Shown here: positions 12,544 to 26,430 of the stretch, piece by piece
Numbering within the stretch: the stretch's first letter is position 1
Layout of the letters: each line of letters starts with the position of its first letter
DNA from: Octopus bimaculoides
Taxonomy: Eukaryota
NCBI RefSeq assembly: GCF_001194135.2
Contig: NC_068988.1
Span: 57,734,025 to 57,798,024 of the forward strand
Direction: 5' to 3'
DNA: 64,000 nucleotides
Notes under the pieces: model-generated
Seen by the model: only the letters and a program-made list of their open reading frames with translations
What the model was told of the DNA's origin: nothing
Database searches by the model: none
Translations under genes and position numbers: made by a program

Positions 12544-15500
12544 CTTATATGACAGTGGCAATTGTTTACAACTAATACATTTTGTCAAGACAAAGAGACA
12601 CAAACATACACATCCCAAGACTCACATACAGCCTTAAACATTTACTAACCGAAAGGATTTTTTATCCATTATTTACACACTATTCGTTATAGCTTGGACT
12701 GCTTCAAGATTCACCATTCCAGAAACGATTCGTTTCATATTCTCTTAAAAGTCAAAAGTTCCTAAATTCTTATGCCATCAACAATAAGTATGTATGTATG
12801 TATGTGCATGTGTGTAAAATGGGCTTCTTTCAGTTTCTGTTTGCCAGATCCACTCACAAGGCATTTGGTTGACCTGGGAGCTATCACAGAAAATGCATGC
12901 CCTAGGTGCCACTCACTGGGACTGAATCCAAAACCATGAGGTTAGGAAGCAAGTTACTTAACCACACCGCCACACCTGCTATAAACTTTGGGGAGGAGAG
13001 TATTCAATAATTTTTCAGTTTGACTTTTATTTTGGAGGGGGTTTTTTGAAAATTTTTCCTACATTTATGTTTTAAATATCTAATATTATTTCTTTAAAAA
13101 CATGTGACATAAACCTGAAAAAAATTTTGAAAAAGTCAAAACTGAAAAAATTACAGATGAAGGGGTGGGGAGCAACCCCCCCCCCCCACACACACACACA
13201 AAAAGACAATTAAAAAAAGAAATTTTATTGCTTATTCATAATGTACAATACTTAAAACATACACGTACCAAAAAATTTATCATTTTTCGTACTCTAGTTA
13301 ATTTTTGAATCTATTCTTCAGAAAATCCTAAATGGATATAATGTTTTGAGATAGACTACTCCAGAAGAAAGGACAATATGGTCATGACTGGACTGGCTTT
13401 TGATCAAAGGTGTGTGTGCCTACCATATCAGGCTGACCTAGGTTTAAATGACTACTACTACTACTACTACCACTGCTGCTACAGCTGCTGCTACAGCTGC
13501 TGCTACTACTATTACTACTATTACTACTGCTTCTGCTGCTACTACTACTACTACTACTGTGTCAACAGGAATCTGTGCCCCAGGCAGAAATGAATGAAGG
13601 ATATTTATATATTTAGTTGAATGAGAGAATGTCTTCAACTAACGAATGTTTGTACATGCGTATATATCTATATGAACGTGTGCATATGTGAGAGCATGTG
13701 CATGTGTGTGTATGTGTGTGCATGTGTGTGTGTGAGTGAGTGTGTGTATGGCGTTTGTGTGTGTGTCTTGCGTGTGCATGCAGATGTGAAGTTAACCTCC
13801 TAAACATGTCGATTCCTTGTTTTTGAAGATTGATGTGTAAGCTACCAGGAGTTCATTACTTGACTAACTTTTTCAATAATAACAAGTAAACCACATACAA
13901 AGTTTATGGAATTCTATCACAGTATATCTATCAAGAATGATATAATATATATCATATATTATATATTATATATCACATATGACATAATACACACACACAT
14001 CATAAACGTATGAAAACATATACGCACATATATAAAGTCTAACAGGATATGTAATATACTACACATATACTATATATAATCATATACTACACATATATTA
14101 TATACACAATGTAATGTATATAACATAATGTATGTATGTATAACAGGATATCAAATAATATAACAGAAACTAAACGTTTGTAACATAGCATAAATATAAT
14201 ATATTGTTTATATAACTCAACACAATATTTACTCTATATATGATATAACAGTATAAAACAATATGTATAAACTATCTGAAATATTTTAAACAAAAACAGT
14301 TTTTATCAGCTTCATTATAAAAATATTTGTTAAAGCTATAGTTGTAAGTCTATATACAAATTTCATCTCATACATTTTAAGTCAGTTCAACAATTAATAT
14401 TGTGAGTATATATATGCATATATATACATACATATGCACACACACACAGACACACATATATATATATGTATATACGTATGTATATATATATACACACACA
14501 TATATATATATAGATACATACACACATATATATATATATATATTTACATATATATATATATTTACATATATATATATANNNNNNNNNNNNNNNNNNNNNN
14601 NNNNNNNNNNNNNNNNNNNNNNNNNNNNNNNNNNNNNNNNNNNNNNNNNNNNNNNNNNNNNNNNNNNNNNNNNNNNNNNNNNNNNNNNNNNNNNNNNNNN
14701 NNNNNNNNNNNNNNNNNNNNNNNNNNNNNNNNNNNNNNNNNNNNNNNNNNNNNNNNNNNNNNNNNNNNNNNNNNNNNNNNNNNNNNNNNNNNNNNNNNNN
14801 NNNNNNNNNNNNNNNNNNNNNNNNNNNNNNNNNNNNNNNNNNNNNNNNNNNNNNNNNNNNNNNNNNNNNNNNNNNNNNNNNNNNNNNNNNNNNNNNNNNN
14901 NNNNNNNNNNNNNNNNNNNNNNNNNNNNNNNNNNNNNNNNNNNNNNNNNNNNNNNNNNNNNNNNNNNNNNNNNNNNNNNNNNNNNNNNNNNNNNNNNNNN
15001 NNNNNNNNNNNNNNNNNNNNNNNNNNNNNNNNNNNNNNNNNNNNNNNNNNNNNNNNNNNNNNNNNNNNNNNNNNNNNNNNNNNNNNNNNNNNNNNNNNNN
15101 NNNNNNNNNNNNNNNNNNNNNNNNNNNNNNNNNNNNNNNNNNNNNNNNNNNNNNNNNNNNNNNNNNNNNNNNNNNNNNNNNNNNNNNNNNNNNNNNNNNN
15201 NNNNNNNNNNNNNNNNNNNNNNNNNNNNNNNNNNNNNNNNNNNNNNNNNNNNNNNNNNNNNNNNNNNNNNNNNNNNNNNNNNNNNNNNNNNNNNNNNNNN
15301 NNNNNNNNNNNNNNNNNNNNNNNNNNNNNNNNNNNNNNNNNNNNNNNNNNNNNNNNNNNNNNNNNNNNNNNNNNNNNNNNNNNNNNNNNNNNNNNNNNNG
15401 GAGCAACACCATGAGCATTAAATGTTTGTTTGTATTTTTTTTAAAAATAAAACAAAGAAGTGAAGAAAAAAAATAAATAATTTAAAGAACAAAGAAGTAA

Positions 15501-15966
15501 TACAAGAAAAGATTTCTTCAAAAATGTAAAGAAAGTAACTTACACATCTTTCCTCATTCAAACAAGCGCAAGAAGAACAAGAAGAATATGATGTTGATGG
15601 TGATAATGAAGAGGGGGGGGGGGAGATAAAGGAAAAGGAGGAAGATGACGAAGAGGAAGTTGAGACAAGTAGAAAAGGAGAAAATCACAAAACAGATAGA
15701 AACCTTACAGAGTTAAAGAAACTGAAATGCTACTGATGGTTAAATGCTATAAACTAACTAATCCAAAGATGAAGTGAAAAGAAAAATTTAAAAAATAAAT
15801 AAAAAGAAGAAATAACATAAAACACATAAAAAAAAAATAAATAGTAGTGAAATAAAAACAAAAATAAAAAGGAGCCAGCTGGTTTGTCTTTGACTGGTAC
15901 ATTCTGAAAACTGCCTCCTCTACACATACATACACATACACATGCATACAGCACACGCACAGACAC

Positions 15967-16015
<49 letters not shown>

Positions 16016-16878
16016 ATGTATTCATTGACAGACATGTCTCACAATGTCAGACAGACATGAATTATAAGACACCCTCCTCCGCCACCACAAACCCCACAAA
16101 ACTAACCCTCTCCCCCCAACACACACACACACACACTTCCATCTTCCCTGCTCCTTGCATGAAAATGATAACTGACAGAGCAATACTAGACAATATACAG
16201 AGAAATGAGCCAATGAGGATGGTCCCCTATACAGCCACTAGATTTGCATGAAATAGCAGCCAAATCCTGTTTGTATCATACCTCAGAGTCTTAAACTACG
16301 AAAGGACACAAGGACACATTGGTTAACATAGTCTAAGATACACTGCTTCAAATACAGACAGGATGGCCACGGTCAGCTGGTATGCTTTTTGATCATTGGT
16401 CTACTCATTTCAGGTCTCACCTTGGGTTAAACAACAACAACAACAACATACAGGGCCACAGGCATTGGGGTTTATTATGCATGTACCTATTCTTTTATTC
16501 TTTTACTTCTTCCAGTCATTTGACTGCGGCCATACTGGAGCACCACCTTGAAGGGTTTTAGTCAAACGAATTGACCCCAGGACTGACTTGTTTTTTTTAA
16601 ACCTAGTACTTATTCTATCAGTCTCTTTTGCTGAACTGCTAAGTTACAGGGATGTAAACACACCAGCACTGGTTGTCAAGTGGTGATGGTGGGGACAAAC
16701 ATGACACAAAGATACATACATACATACATACATCATTATCATCATCAACATCGTTTAACGTCCACTTTCCATGCTAGCATGGGTTGGACGATTTGACTGC
16801 GGACTGGCGAACCAGATGGCTACGCCAGGCTCCAATCTGATCTGGCAGAGTTTCTACAGCTGGATACCCTTCCTAACA

Positions 16879-16909
<31 letters not shown>

Positions 16910-17579
16910 NNNNNNNNNNNNNNNNNNNNNNNNNNNNNNNNNNNNNNNNNNNNNNNNNNNNNNNNNNNNNNNNNNNNNNNNNNNNNNNNNNNNNNNNNNN
17001 NNNNNNNNNNNNNNNNNNNNNNNNNNNNNNNNNNNNNNNNNNNNNNNNNNNNNNNNNNNNNNNNNNNNNNNNNNNNNNNNNNNNNNNNNNNNNNNNNNNN
17101 NNNNNNNNNNNNNNNNNNNNNNNNNNNNNNNNNNNNNNNNNNNNNNNNNNNNNNNNNNNNNNNNNNNNNNNNNNNNNNNNNNNNNNNNNNNNNNNNNNNN
17201 NNNNNNNNNNNNNNNNNNNNNNNNNNNNNNNNNNNNNNNNNNNNNNNNNNNNNNNNNNNNNNNNNNNNNNNNNNNNNNNNNNNNNNNNNNNNNNNNNNNN
17301 NNNNNNNNNNNNNNNNNNNNNNNNNNNNNNNNNNNNNNNNNNNNNNNNNNNNNNNNNNNNNNNNNNNNNNNNNNNNNNNNNNNNNNNNNNNNNNNNNNNN
17401 NNNNNNNNNNNNNNNNNNNNNNNNNNNNNNNNNNNNNNNNNNNNNNNNNNNNNNNNNNNNNNNNNNNNNNNNNNNNNNNNNNNNNNNNNNNNNNNNNNNN
17501 NNNNNNNNNNNNNNNNNNNNNNNNNNNNNNNNNNNNNNNNNNNNNNNNNNNNNNNNNNNNNNNNNNNNNNNNNNTATAT

Positions 17580-17960
17580 GTATGTATCTTTTACTTGTTT
17601 CAGTCATTAGACTGCAGCCATGCTGGAGCACTGAATTGAAGAATTTTTAATCGAATGAATTGACACCAGTACTAATTTTTAAGCCTGGTACTTATTATTT
17701 CAATCACCTTTGCTGAACTGCTAAGTTATGGGAACATAAACAAACCAGCACTGATCGTCAAGCAGTAAGAGAGGATAAACATACATGCACACACACACAC
17801 ACACACACATATACAACAGGTTTCTTTCAGTTTCCATCTACTAAATCTATTCAAAAGGCTTTGGTCAGCCTGAGGCTATAGTAGAAGACACTTTCTCAAT
17901 GTGCCAGGCAGTTGGCTGAACCCAATACCATGTGGTTGGGAAGCAAACTTACTATACATC
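17580..17960 (-). mobile_element. SINE family B (tRNA head, internal microsatellite slot)
   Basis: Aligns with 55450-55844. Confidence 0.75.
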
Positions 17961-17966
17961 CATGCC

Positions 17967-18104
<138 letters not shown>

Positions 18105-18107
18105 TAT

Positions 18108-18139
<32 letters not shown>

Positions 18140-18150
18140 ACATATATATA

Positions 18151-19009
18151 CAGGGTGCAGTGAATAAACTGTTGTCTAAATTACGCAAAAATTAAAATAA
18201 CACTGACATCTCATTTTAACAGATATATTTACCAAACTTACATAAAAATATCTTGAAATATTAAAGAGTAAATATATTCAATAAAACCACGGCCTCCAGA
18301 TGACTTTGGAATCTCTTGCAACTTTTCTGGACGGCCTTTTTGTTTAAGTTGGTGAATGCTGCCATAATCCTTGCCTTCAGTTCATCTTTCATGTTGTAAG
18401 GAGTTTTGTTGGTCTCTCGCTCAACTGCACCCCACACATAATAACCAAGGGGGTTGCAGTCTGAGGAGTTAAGTGACCAGATGTTAGGGGTGATGTGGTC
18501 ACAGAAATTGTCTGACAGCCATGACTAGATTCTCCTGCGTGTGTGGCATGGTGCAGAGTCCTGTTACCAGACATAGGACTTCTAGTAGCCACCCTCTTGA
18601 GACTCAAGGCAGCACTATCTCCTCCAGGTACTTGATGTAGGCCTCCGTGTTGAGTCTGAGACCATGTGAAAAGATGAGTTGAGGCATAACGTCACCATCA
18701 CTAGTGATCACTCCAAACACCATGATGTTGACGGGATGTTTGATTTTTATCATTTTCAGTGCATGTCCTCAGATTGACACCCAAACACTCTGAAATGTTT
18801 GCATTGTAGTTTCCAGCGCAAATGCCAAGCAGTACAGCATGTTTTTTCCAAATTTCTGGCTGAGTGAATTGCGACAATGGTGCTGTTTTCCTCAAAGATG
18901 GTGCCCAACTGATCCTACTATACTGTGTAGTCAACAAAATGAAAAACAAACAATGCGCATGCATGACATTAAAAATATAAAATGGCAGCAATTTACCCAT
19001 CACACCCTG
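18151..19009 (-). mobile_element. Internally deleted maT (DD37D) transposon
   Basis: TA-flanked degenerate TIRs CAGGGTGCAGTGAATAAACTG / CAGGGTGTGATGGGTAAATTG. The catalytic part reads IKHPVNIMVFGVITSDG...QDSAPCHT...DCNPLGYYVWGAVERETN, with 37 residues from the second D to the third catalytic position. The N-terminus KHAVLLGICAG..LRT is fused directly to it. Confidence 0.85.
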
Positions 19010-19011
19010 TA

Positions 19012-19048
<37 letters not shown>

Positions 19049-19111
19049 GTATGTATCTATGCGTGTGTGTATGTATGTATGTATGTATGTATGTATGTAT
19101 GTATGTATGTA

Positions 19112-19142
<31 letters not shown>

Positions 19143-19319
19143 ATATATATTCATTCTTTCAAAATCACACTATATTAATATTCTTTTTGCTGTCACTGTT
19201 TGATTCCCTGCCAATCCTACTCAAGTAGAAATATGATCAAAGATTCTCCTACCATGACCATCCTGTATTTTTATGAGCTTGTCTAGAAATATATTCACCA
19301 GTAATTTATTATTCTTATT

Positions 19320-19945
19320 AACGGGGTGGCAAGCTGGCAGAACTGTTAGAGCATCAGAAAAAATGGTTTGTGGTATTTCTTTTCACTCATTATGATTATG
19401 TTCTGAGTTCAAATCCTGCTGAGGTCAAATTTGCCTCTCATACCCTAAGAGTTGATAAATTAATATAAATATCATTTGAGTACTGGGGTTGGTATAAGTG
19501 CCATGCACCCTATCCTCAAAATTGTTGGTCTTGTGCCAAAATTAGAAAGTCGTTCTGAGTTCAAATTCTGCTGAGGTTGACTTTGTCTTTCATCCTTTCA
19601 GAGTCGATAAATTAAGTACCAGTGAAACACTGGGGTCGATGTAATCAACTCATCCCTTCCCCCAAAACGGTGCCCATGTGGTAAAATTTGAAACCATAAT
19701 TATTTTTATTATTATCAAAGTGTTTAGCTGGCAGAATCATAAACACGCTAGGCAAGCTGGCAGAATCGTTAGCACGCTGGGCGAAATGCTTAGCAGTATT
19801 TCGTCTGCCGCTACGTTCTGTGTTCAAGTTTGCCTTTCAACCTTTCAGGGGTGATAAATTAAGTACCAGTGAAACACAAGGGTCAATATAATCGATTCCT
19901 CCCCTCCCCCAAAATGGTTGCCCTTGTGGCAAAATTTGAAACCAT
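19320..19945 (+). mobile_element. Tandem chain of SINE family A copies and fragments
   Basis: At least three head-to-tail units (19320, ~19550, 19751) joined by short (ATT)n tails. Confidence 0.75.
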
Positions 19946-20102
19946 TATTCATCATCATCATTTAACGTCCACTTTCCATGCTAGCATGAGTTGGACGATT
20001 TGACTGAGAGACTGGTGAACCAGATGGCTACACCAGGCTCCAATCTGATTTGGCAGAGTTTCTACAGATAGATGCCCTTCCTAACGCCAACCACTCTGAG
20101 AG

Positions 20103-20157
<55 letters not shown>

Positions 20158-20412
20158 CATTGGCAGAATCATTTACATGCGGGACAAAATTCTTAGTAGC
20201 ATTTTGTCTGTATTTATGTTCCAAGTTCAAATTCCACCAAGGTTGACTTTTCCTTTCATCTTTTTAGGCTCAATAAAATAAGTACCAGTTTTTTGACTGG
20301 AGTCAATGTAATCAACTACCCCCATCCCCCAGAATTTCAGGCCCTATGCCTATAGTTAAAAGGATTATTGTCCCCCTCATCCTTCACCCTGGTGGCAAAT
20401 AAATGAAACCAT

Positions 20413-20806
20413 TACTCTCTTTTACTCTCTTTTACTTGTTTCAGTCATTTGACTGCATCCATGCTGGAGCACCACCTTTAGTCAAGCAAATCAACCCCAG
20501 GACTTATTCTTTGTAAGCCCAGTACTTATTCTATCAACCTCTTTTGCCGAACCACTAAGTTACGGGGACATAAACACACCAGCATCGGTTGTCAAGAGAT
20601 GGTGGGGTGACAAACACAGACACACAAACATACACGCATATATATACATATATACGACAGGCTTCTTTCAGTTTCCGTCTACCAAATCCACTCACAAGGC
20701 TTTGGTCGGCCCAAGGCTATAGTAGAAGACACTTGCCCAAGGCGCCACACAGTGGGATTGAATCCAGGACCATGTGGTTGGTAAGCAAGCTACTCACCAC
20801 ACAGCC
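20413..20806 (-). mobile_element. SINE family B
   Basis: Aligns with 55450-55844, including the (ACTCTCTTTT) tail. Confidence 0.8.
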
Positions 20807-21154
20807 AGCAGAATCATTAGCACACCAGGTAAAATGCTTAGCAGTATTTTGTCTGCTGCAATGTTCTGGGTTCAAATTTTGCCGAGGTCAACTTTCCCTT
20901 TCCTCCTTTCAGGGTCAATAAATTAAGTACAAATGCAACACTGGGGTCAATGAAATCGACTATCCCCCTCCCCTGAATTTCAGGCCTTGTGCCTATAGTA
21001 GAAAGGGTTATTATTCATGAAAGTATGGTGTGATGTGAGGGAGATTAAGTAGCTACTTTTAGCATGTCAGGCAACCATGAATAGGCTCCCTCATTACAAT
21101 TTAGCTTTACTCTTAGCTAACGAACCCACCCGAGCCCAACCTTAGCCTGTTCAG

Positions 21155-21271
21155 ACAACAGCAAGACCAGACAATCAACCAAGCAAGGGAAGCCAGCCAA
21201 CCATAAATCTTCACAGTGGATTGGTCAGGCGGCACGGAAGGAGGAGGAGGAGGAAGTAAGCCCTAAAAAGG
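21155..21271 (+). other. Candidate symmetric phase-1 exon (DNSKTRQ...EEEEEVSPKK)
   Basis: CTAAC upstream, TGTTCAG acceptor, G|GTAAGT donor and 117 nt open. Protein not recognised. Confidence 0.25.
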
Positions 21272-21739
21272 GTAAGTTACAGTTGCATCTACCCCCATCT
21301 CATTCCAACCCATTGTAACAAAGAAAATAAAACAATAACATCTATGAATATATGAAATAAAATATAAAAATCAAATAAAGAATTTGATGTGGGAGGAAGA
21401 GATGAAGGGAAGGTTGGTGGGGTGGGGGTAAGAAAGTTGAGATTGTTTCTGTTTGGTGTTCTGTTTTTTTTTTTATGTTTTTGTATTTTTATTTTTGGTT
21501 TGATATTTTCTGTTTTGTTGATTTTTTGTTTTTGTGTATGTTGAAACAGAAAGGTGGATTTTCCCCAAATAGTTGGTTTTTTCCCCCAATAAAAAGTGAA
21601 ACATTTTTAAAAATCATAACGAAAAGATTATTAACTATTGTTTCAGTTAAAATTAAGGAAAATAATTAACAAAATTGAATGAAAATAATTTTTGATATAT
21701 GAAAAAGAAATAAAGTGAAATGAAAGGAAAATAAGGTAC

Positions 21740-22770
21740 TACTACCACCAACACGACCGCTAGCACCAGCACTACTACACCTACCAACAATACTAATACA
21801 ACTAACAACAGCACTAACACCACCACTACCGATCACCAAAAACAAAACTACTACCACCACCACAACCACAACCACAATCAATACAAGTACCATCACCAAG
21901 AACAAGATCAACACTACCACCATTACCTCCAACACTTTCAACACAACTACCAACATTACCACCAACACTACCACCACTACCTCCAACACTATAAACAACA
22001 CTGCCAACACTACCACCAACACCAACACCCACCAATGACAACAACAGTACTGCTACCAATACTACCTTTGTCACTCACAGCAACACTACCATCACTACCA
22101 CCAACACTACCAACCACCACCACCAACAACAACAGTACTGCTACCAACACTACCACCGCCACCAACAGCAACACTACCATGACTACCTCCAACACTATAA
22201 ACAGCACTGCCAACACTACCACCACCACCACCATCAACAACAACAACAGTACTGCTACCAAGACTACCACTAACAACAGACAGCAACTCTACCACCATCA
22301 CCACCACCCACATCAACACTCTCATTCCCCCCCGACCCTTCTGCACCCTACCATGCCCACCACCACCACCACCACCTCCCAATCTCTGATTTATTCACAA
22401 TCACTATGAGTCAATACCAAAAGTCTGTTACACTCTCGATACTCCTCAGCCATTTGAAACCAGTGGAGTTAGACCTGGATTTCGGTTGCTACTACTGCTA
22501 CTGCTGCTCCTGTTGTTGTTTGTGTAGTTGTTGGCCGTGTTGTTGTAGTCGTCATTGTTGTCAGCGGAGTTGTTGCTGTCGTTGTTAGTGTCATTCGTAT
22601 TCTGCTTGTTGTTGGTGTTGATGCTGTTGTAAATGTTGTCACTGTTGTTGTTGCTGTTGTCAATCACGTTGGTAGAGTCATTAGCTTTGTTGTTGATGTT
22701 GTTGTCACTGTCACTATTGCCATTGTTGTTGTTAGGTTTCTTGTTTGTGTTATTGTTGTTGTTGTTGTTG
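21740..22770. repeat. Degenerate (ACC/AAC)n block and oppositely oriented (GTT)n block separated by a ~110-bp unique spacer
   Basis: Visible. Internal ~60-90-bp higher-order duplications occur at ~21960 and ~22170. Confidence 0.9.
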
Positions 22771-22773
22771 TTG

Positions 22774-23800
22774 CTTTTCTTCTTCTTCTTCTTCTTCTTC
22801 TTCTCCTTCCTCTTCTTCTTCTTCTTCTTCTTCTTCTTCTTCCTATTCTTCTTCTTCCTCTCCTTCCTCTTCTTCTTCTTCTTCTCCTTCCTCTTCTCCT
22901 TCCTCTTCTTCTCCTTCCTCTCCTTCATCTTCTTCTTCTTCTTCTTCTTCCTCTTCTCCTTCCTCTTCTTCTCCTTCCTCTCCTTCATCTTCTTCTTCTT
23001 CTTCCTCTTCTTCTTCTTCCTCTCCTTCCTCTTCTTCTTCTTCTTCTCCTTCTTCTCATTCTTCTTCTTCTTCTTCTTCTTCTCCTTCTTATTCTTCTTC
23101 TTCTTCTTCTCCTTCTCCCTTCTTCTTCTTCTTCTTCTTCTTCTTCTCCTTCTCCTTCTCCCTTCTTCTTCTTCTTCTTCTCCTTCCTCTTCTTCTTCTT
23201 CTTCTTCTCCTTCTTCTTCTCCTTCTCCTTCTCCTTCCTCTTCTTCTTCTTCTCCTTCCTCTTCTTCTTCTTCTCCTTCTTCTTCTCTTTCTTCTTCTTT
23301 TTCTTCTTCTTTTTCTTCTTCTTCTTCTTCTCCTTCTCCTTCTTCTTCTTCTTCTCCCTTCTTCTTCTCTTTCTTCTTCTTTTTCTTCTTCTTCTTTTTC
23401 TTCTTCTTCTTCTTCTTCTTCTCCTTCTCCTTCTTCTTCTTCTTCTTCTCCCTTCTTCTTCTTCTTCTTCTTCTTCTTCTTCTTCTTCTTCTTCTCCTTC
23501 CTCTTCTCCTTCTTCTTCTTCTTCTTCTTCTTCTTCTTCTTCTTCTCCTTCCTCTTCTTCTTCTTCTTCTTCTTCTCCTTCCTCTTCTCCTTCTTCTCCT
23601 TCCTCTTCTTCTTCTTCTTCTTCTTCTCCTTCTTCTTCTTTTTCTTCTTCTTTTTCTTCTTCTTCTTCTTCTTCTTCTTCTTCTCCTTCGCCTTCTTCTT
23701 CTTCTCCTTCTCCCTTCTTCTTCTTCTTCTTCTCCTTCCTCTTCTACTTCTTCTTCTTCTTCTTCTTCTTTTTCTTCTTCTTCTTCTCCTTCTTCTTCTT

Positions 23801-23830
<30 letters not shown>
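22774..23830. repeat. ~1.05-kb polypyrimidine (CTT)n/(CTC)n tract
   Basis: Almost pure pyrimidine on the + strand, with only a handful of purine interruptions. Confidence 0.95.
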
Positions 23831-23831
<1 letters not shown>

Positions 23832-25191
23832 ACGTTGCCAGTGTTGCTGTCGTTGTTAACCATGCGGCTATTTGAATTATTGTTGACAATGTTATAGTTG
23901 TTGGTGTTGTTGTTGTTGCTGTTGCTATTTTATGTTATTGTTGTTGTTGTTAGTATTTTTGCTGTTGCTGTTTTCTCTAACTTCTCCCCATGTCACTTCC
24001 ACCCCATGGTGTGTTACAAGTCTTTCTAGCCCCACCACCAAGTCGTTCCCAATTCCATATACCATCCCAGAATATTCCATTTCTCTTAAGGGGAAAAAAA
24101 CATGATACCCTAAGGATTAACTGTGGTAGGAGGGAGACAGAAATGGTGGGAGGAAGAGAAAAGGAAGGTCAAAAAACAGAGAGAAGAAAAAGGAAGTGAG
24201 ACAAGGAGGGTTAAAGAGGAGTGGAAAGAGTGAGTCAAAACAGGATAAAGAGAAAGAAAGAGAGAGGGAGAGAAAGCATTAGAGAGAGTCAGAGAATGAG
24301 TCAGTGGGAGGAGGAGAGAGAAGGAGAGAGAGAGAGAGAGAGAGATAGAGGAGAGAGTCAGAGATATTCGGAATGGGAGTCAGAAAGAGCTAGAAAGAAA
24401 AAGGAGGGCAAGAGAGGAAGGGTGCATGAAAATAGAAGAAATTTAAGATGCTTCATTTTCCAGTTGCATGATTGTTAACCCCCCCCCACACACACACACA
24501 CACACTACACTTACAGCATGCATATACACACTAGACTATACACAGGTTACATAGAATATATAGAGAGAGAGAGGGAGAGAGAGAAAGAGAGAGAGGGAGG
24601 AGAGAGAGAATGAGAGAGAGAATGAGAGAGAATACATCAAAATAACATATATTGACCTATACATCATCATTATTTCATCATCATCATCAGCATCAACATC
24701 ATCAGCATCATCATCATCATCATCATTGGTGTCATCACCACCACCACCACTACCACCACCACCACCACTACCACCACCACCATCACCTGCCTACTCATCA
24801 CCTTCTTTAACCTGAGAATGAACCAACCAGGTAATTCTATATAGACATGTCTCTAGTTTTCTTTAGTTTTCTCCATTTTTGTTTTTATTCAATGAATTTC
24901 TTTACTCTTTTACAGGCTTCAGTCACTAGACTGTGGTCATACTGGAGCATCATATCCAAGGGCCTTTTTGGCGATTATATTGGAACTTCAGTATTTAGTT
25001 CATCAATCTCTGTTTATGATTCTTCACCCCTGGAGTAAACATAATTATACAAACACAGATACATCGTTATTTTAAATATACTTTTTATGTCNNNNNNNNN
25101 NNNNNNNNNNNNNNNNNNNNNNNNNNNNNNNNNNNNNNNNNNNNNNNNNNNNNNNNNNNNNNNNNNNNNNNNNNNNNNNNNNNNNNNNNNN

Positions 25192-25231
<40 letters not shown>

Positions 25232-25989
25232 AATCAAGAGAGGGAGATACAGCGAAAGTCAAAAGAGAAAGAAAGACACTGGTGCAACAAAAATTGAAAG
25301 TACAGGTTAAGAGGAGTGTATGAAATGTGTTGAAAATTGAGGTGTAATAGGCAGAGTAGATGTGGTTGTGCGATGACTCTGAGCAGTGATTATTGTATAG
25401 AATGGTTCCATGGTTATAATTACATTTCCAGACAGAACAAACCAAAGTCAGCAGCTATGGCTAACTGATAGAAGATAAATCTATATTGGATTTCATACTG
25501 TTTGCTGTGAAAATTTATTTGTATTTTTAATGGTTTAGTCAGAGGAGACAGAACAGCACCCATAACTCTTTTTAGGGTATTTGCAGGGAGGCTCCTAGAT
25601 TGTTGAGATGAAGGGAGGAAGCTGCTTTCAGGATCAGGTATTCAGTCGTTCTCAGCCTGGAGACTTAACCCTGATTGTTTTGCAAGAAAATGGATTCTAC
25701 TTTTACCCCAACCCACAAAAAAAAAAAGGGAAAAATCAGGTGAGAAAGTGAACAAGGGATTATAAATGGTAAATTGACAGAATTGTTAATGTCAGAAAGA
25801 AAACTTTGTTGTGATTCTCTGTTCTCTCGGTTCAAATTCCACACAGGTCAACTTTGCATGTTGTTCTTTTGGGGATCAATAAAAAGAAAGAATCCAGAAT
25901 AATGGATTGGTGCCATAAGGATGTTGGACTAGAGTTTGCAGTCTTTGTTTTGACTCTTTGAGTTTCTAGTCAAATCCTAGAGTGAAGCT

Positions 25990-26430
25990 GGCAGAAGAGT
26001 GGTAGGAGGGGGAGAGGGGAAGAAGTAAGGCAGAGGAGGGGGAGTGAAACAGAGAAGAGAAAGGGGAGGGGAGAAGTGAGACAGAAGAGGAGAGGGGAGG
26101 GGGAGAAGTGAGGCAAAAAAGGAAGAGGAAGGGGAGAGAGAGAAAAAGGAGGAGGAGCAGAAAGGAGAAGGAGAGATGTGGCAGAGGAAGAGGAGGAAGA
26201 GGAGAATGGGAATTGAGACAGGGGAATTGAGGAGGAAGAGGAGAGGGGGAAATGAGGCAGAGGAAGAGACAGAAGAGGAGGAAAGGAGGAAGAGAGGGAA
26301 GGGTAGGAGAGGGGAAAGAAGAGGGAAGGGGAGGAGAGGGGAAAGAAGAGGCAGAGAAGGAAGAGATGGATGGGGAAGGGAGGAGAGGGGGGAGAAGCGA
26401 AGGGGAGGAGGACTATGTTGATGACAAGAA
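25990..26430. repeat. Polypurine GA-rich low-complexity tract
   Basis: Visible G/A runs. Confidence 0.9.

Noticed and set aside
22035-22409. Thr-rich mucin-like ORF
   Set aside because: It is a translation of degenerate (ACC/AAC)n with no signal peptide or convincing splice sites.
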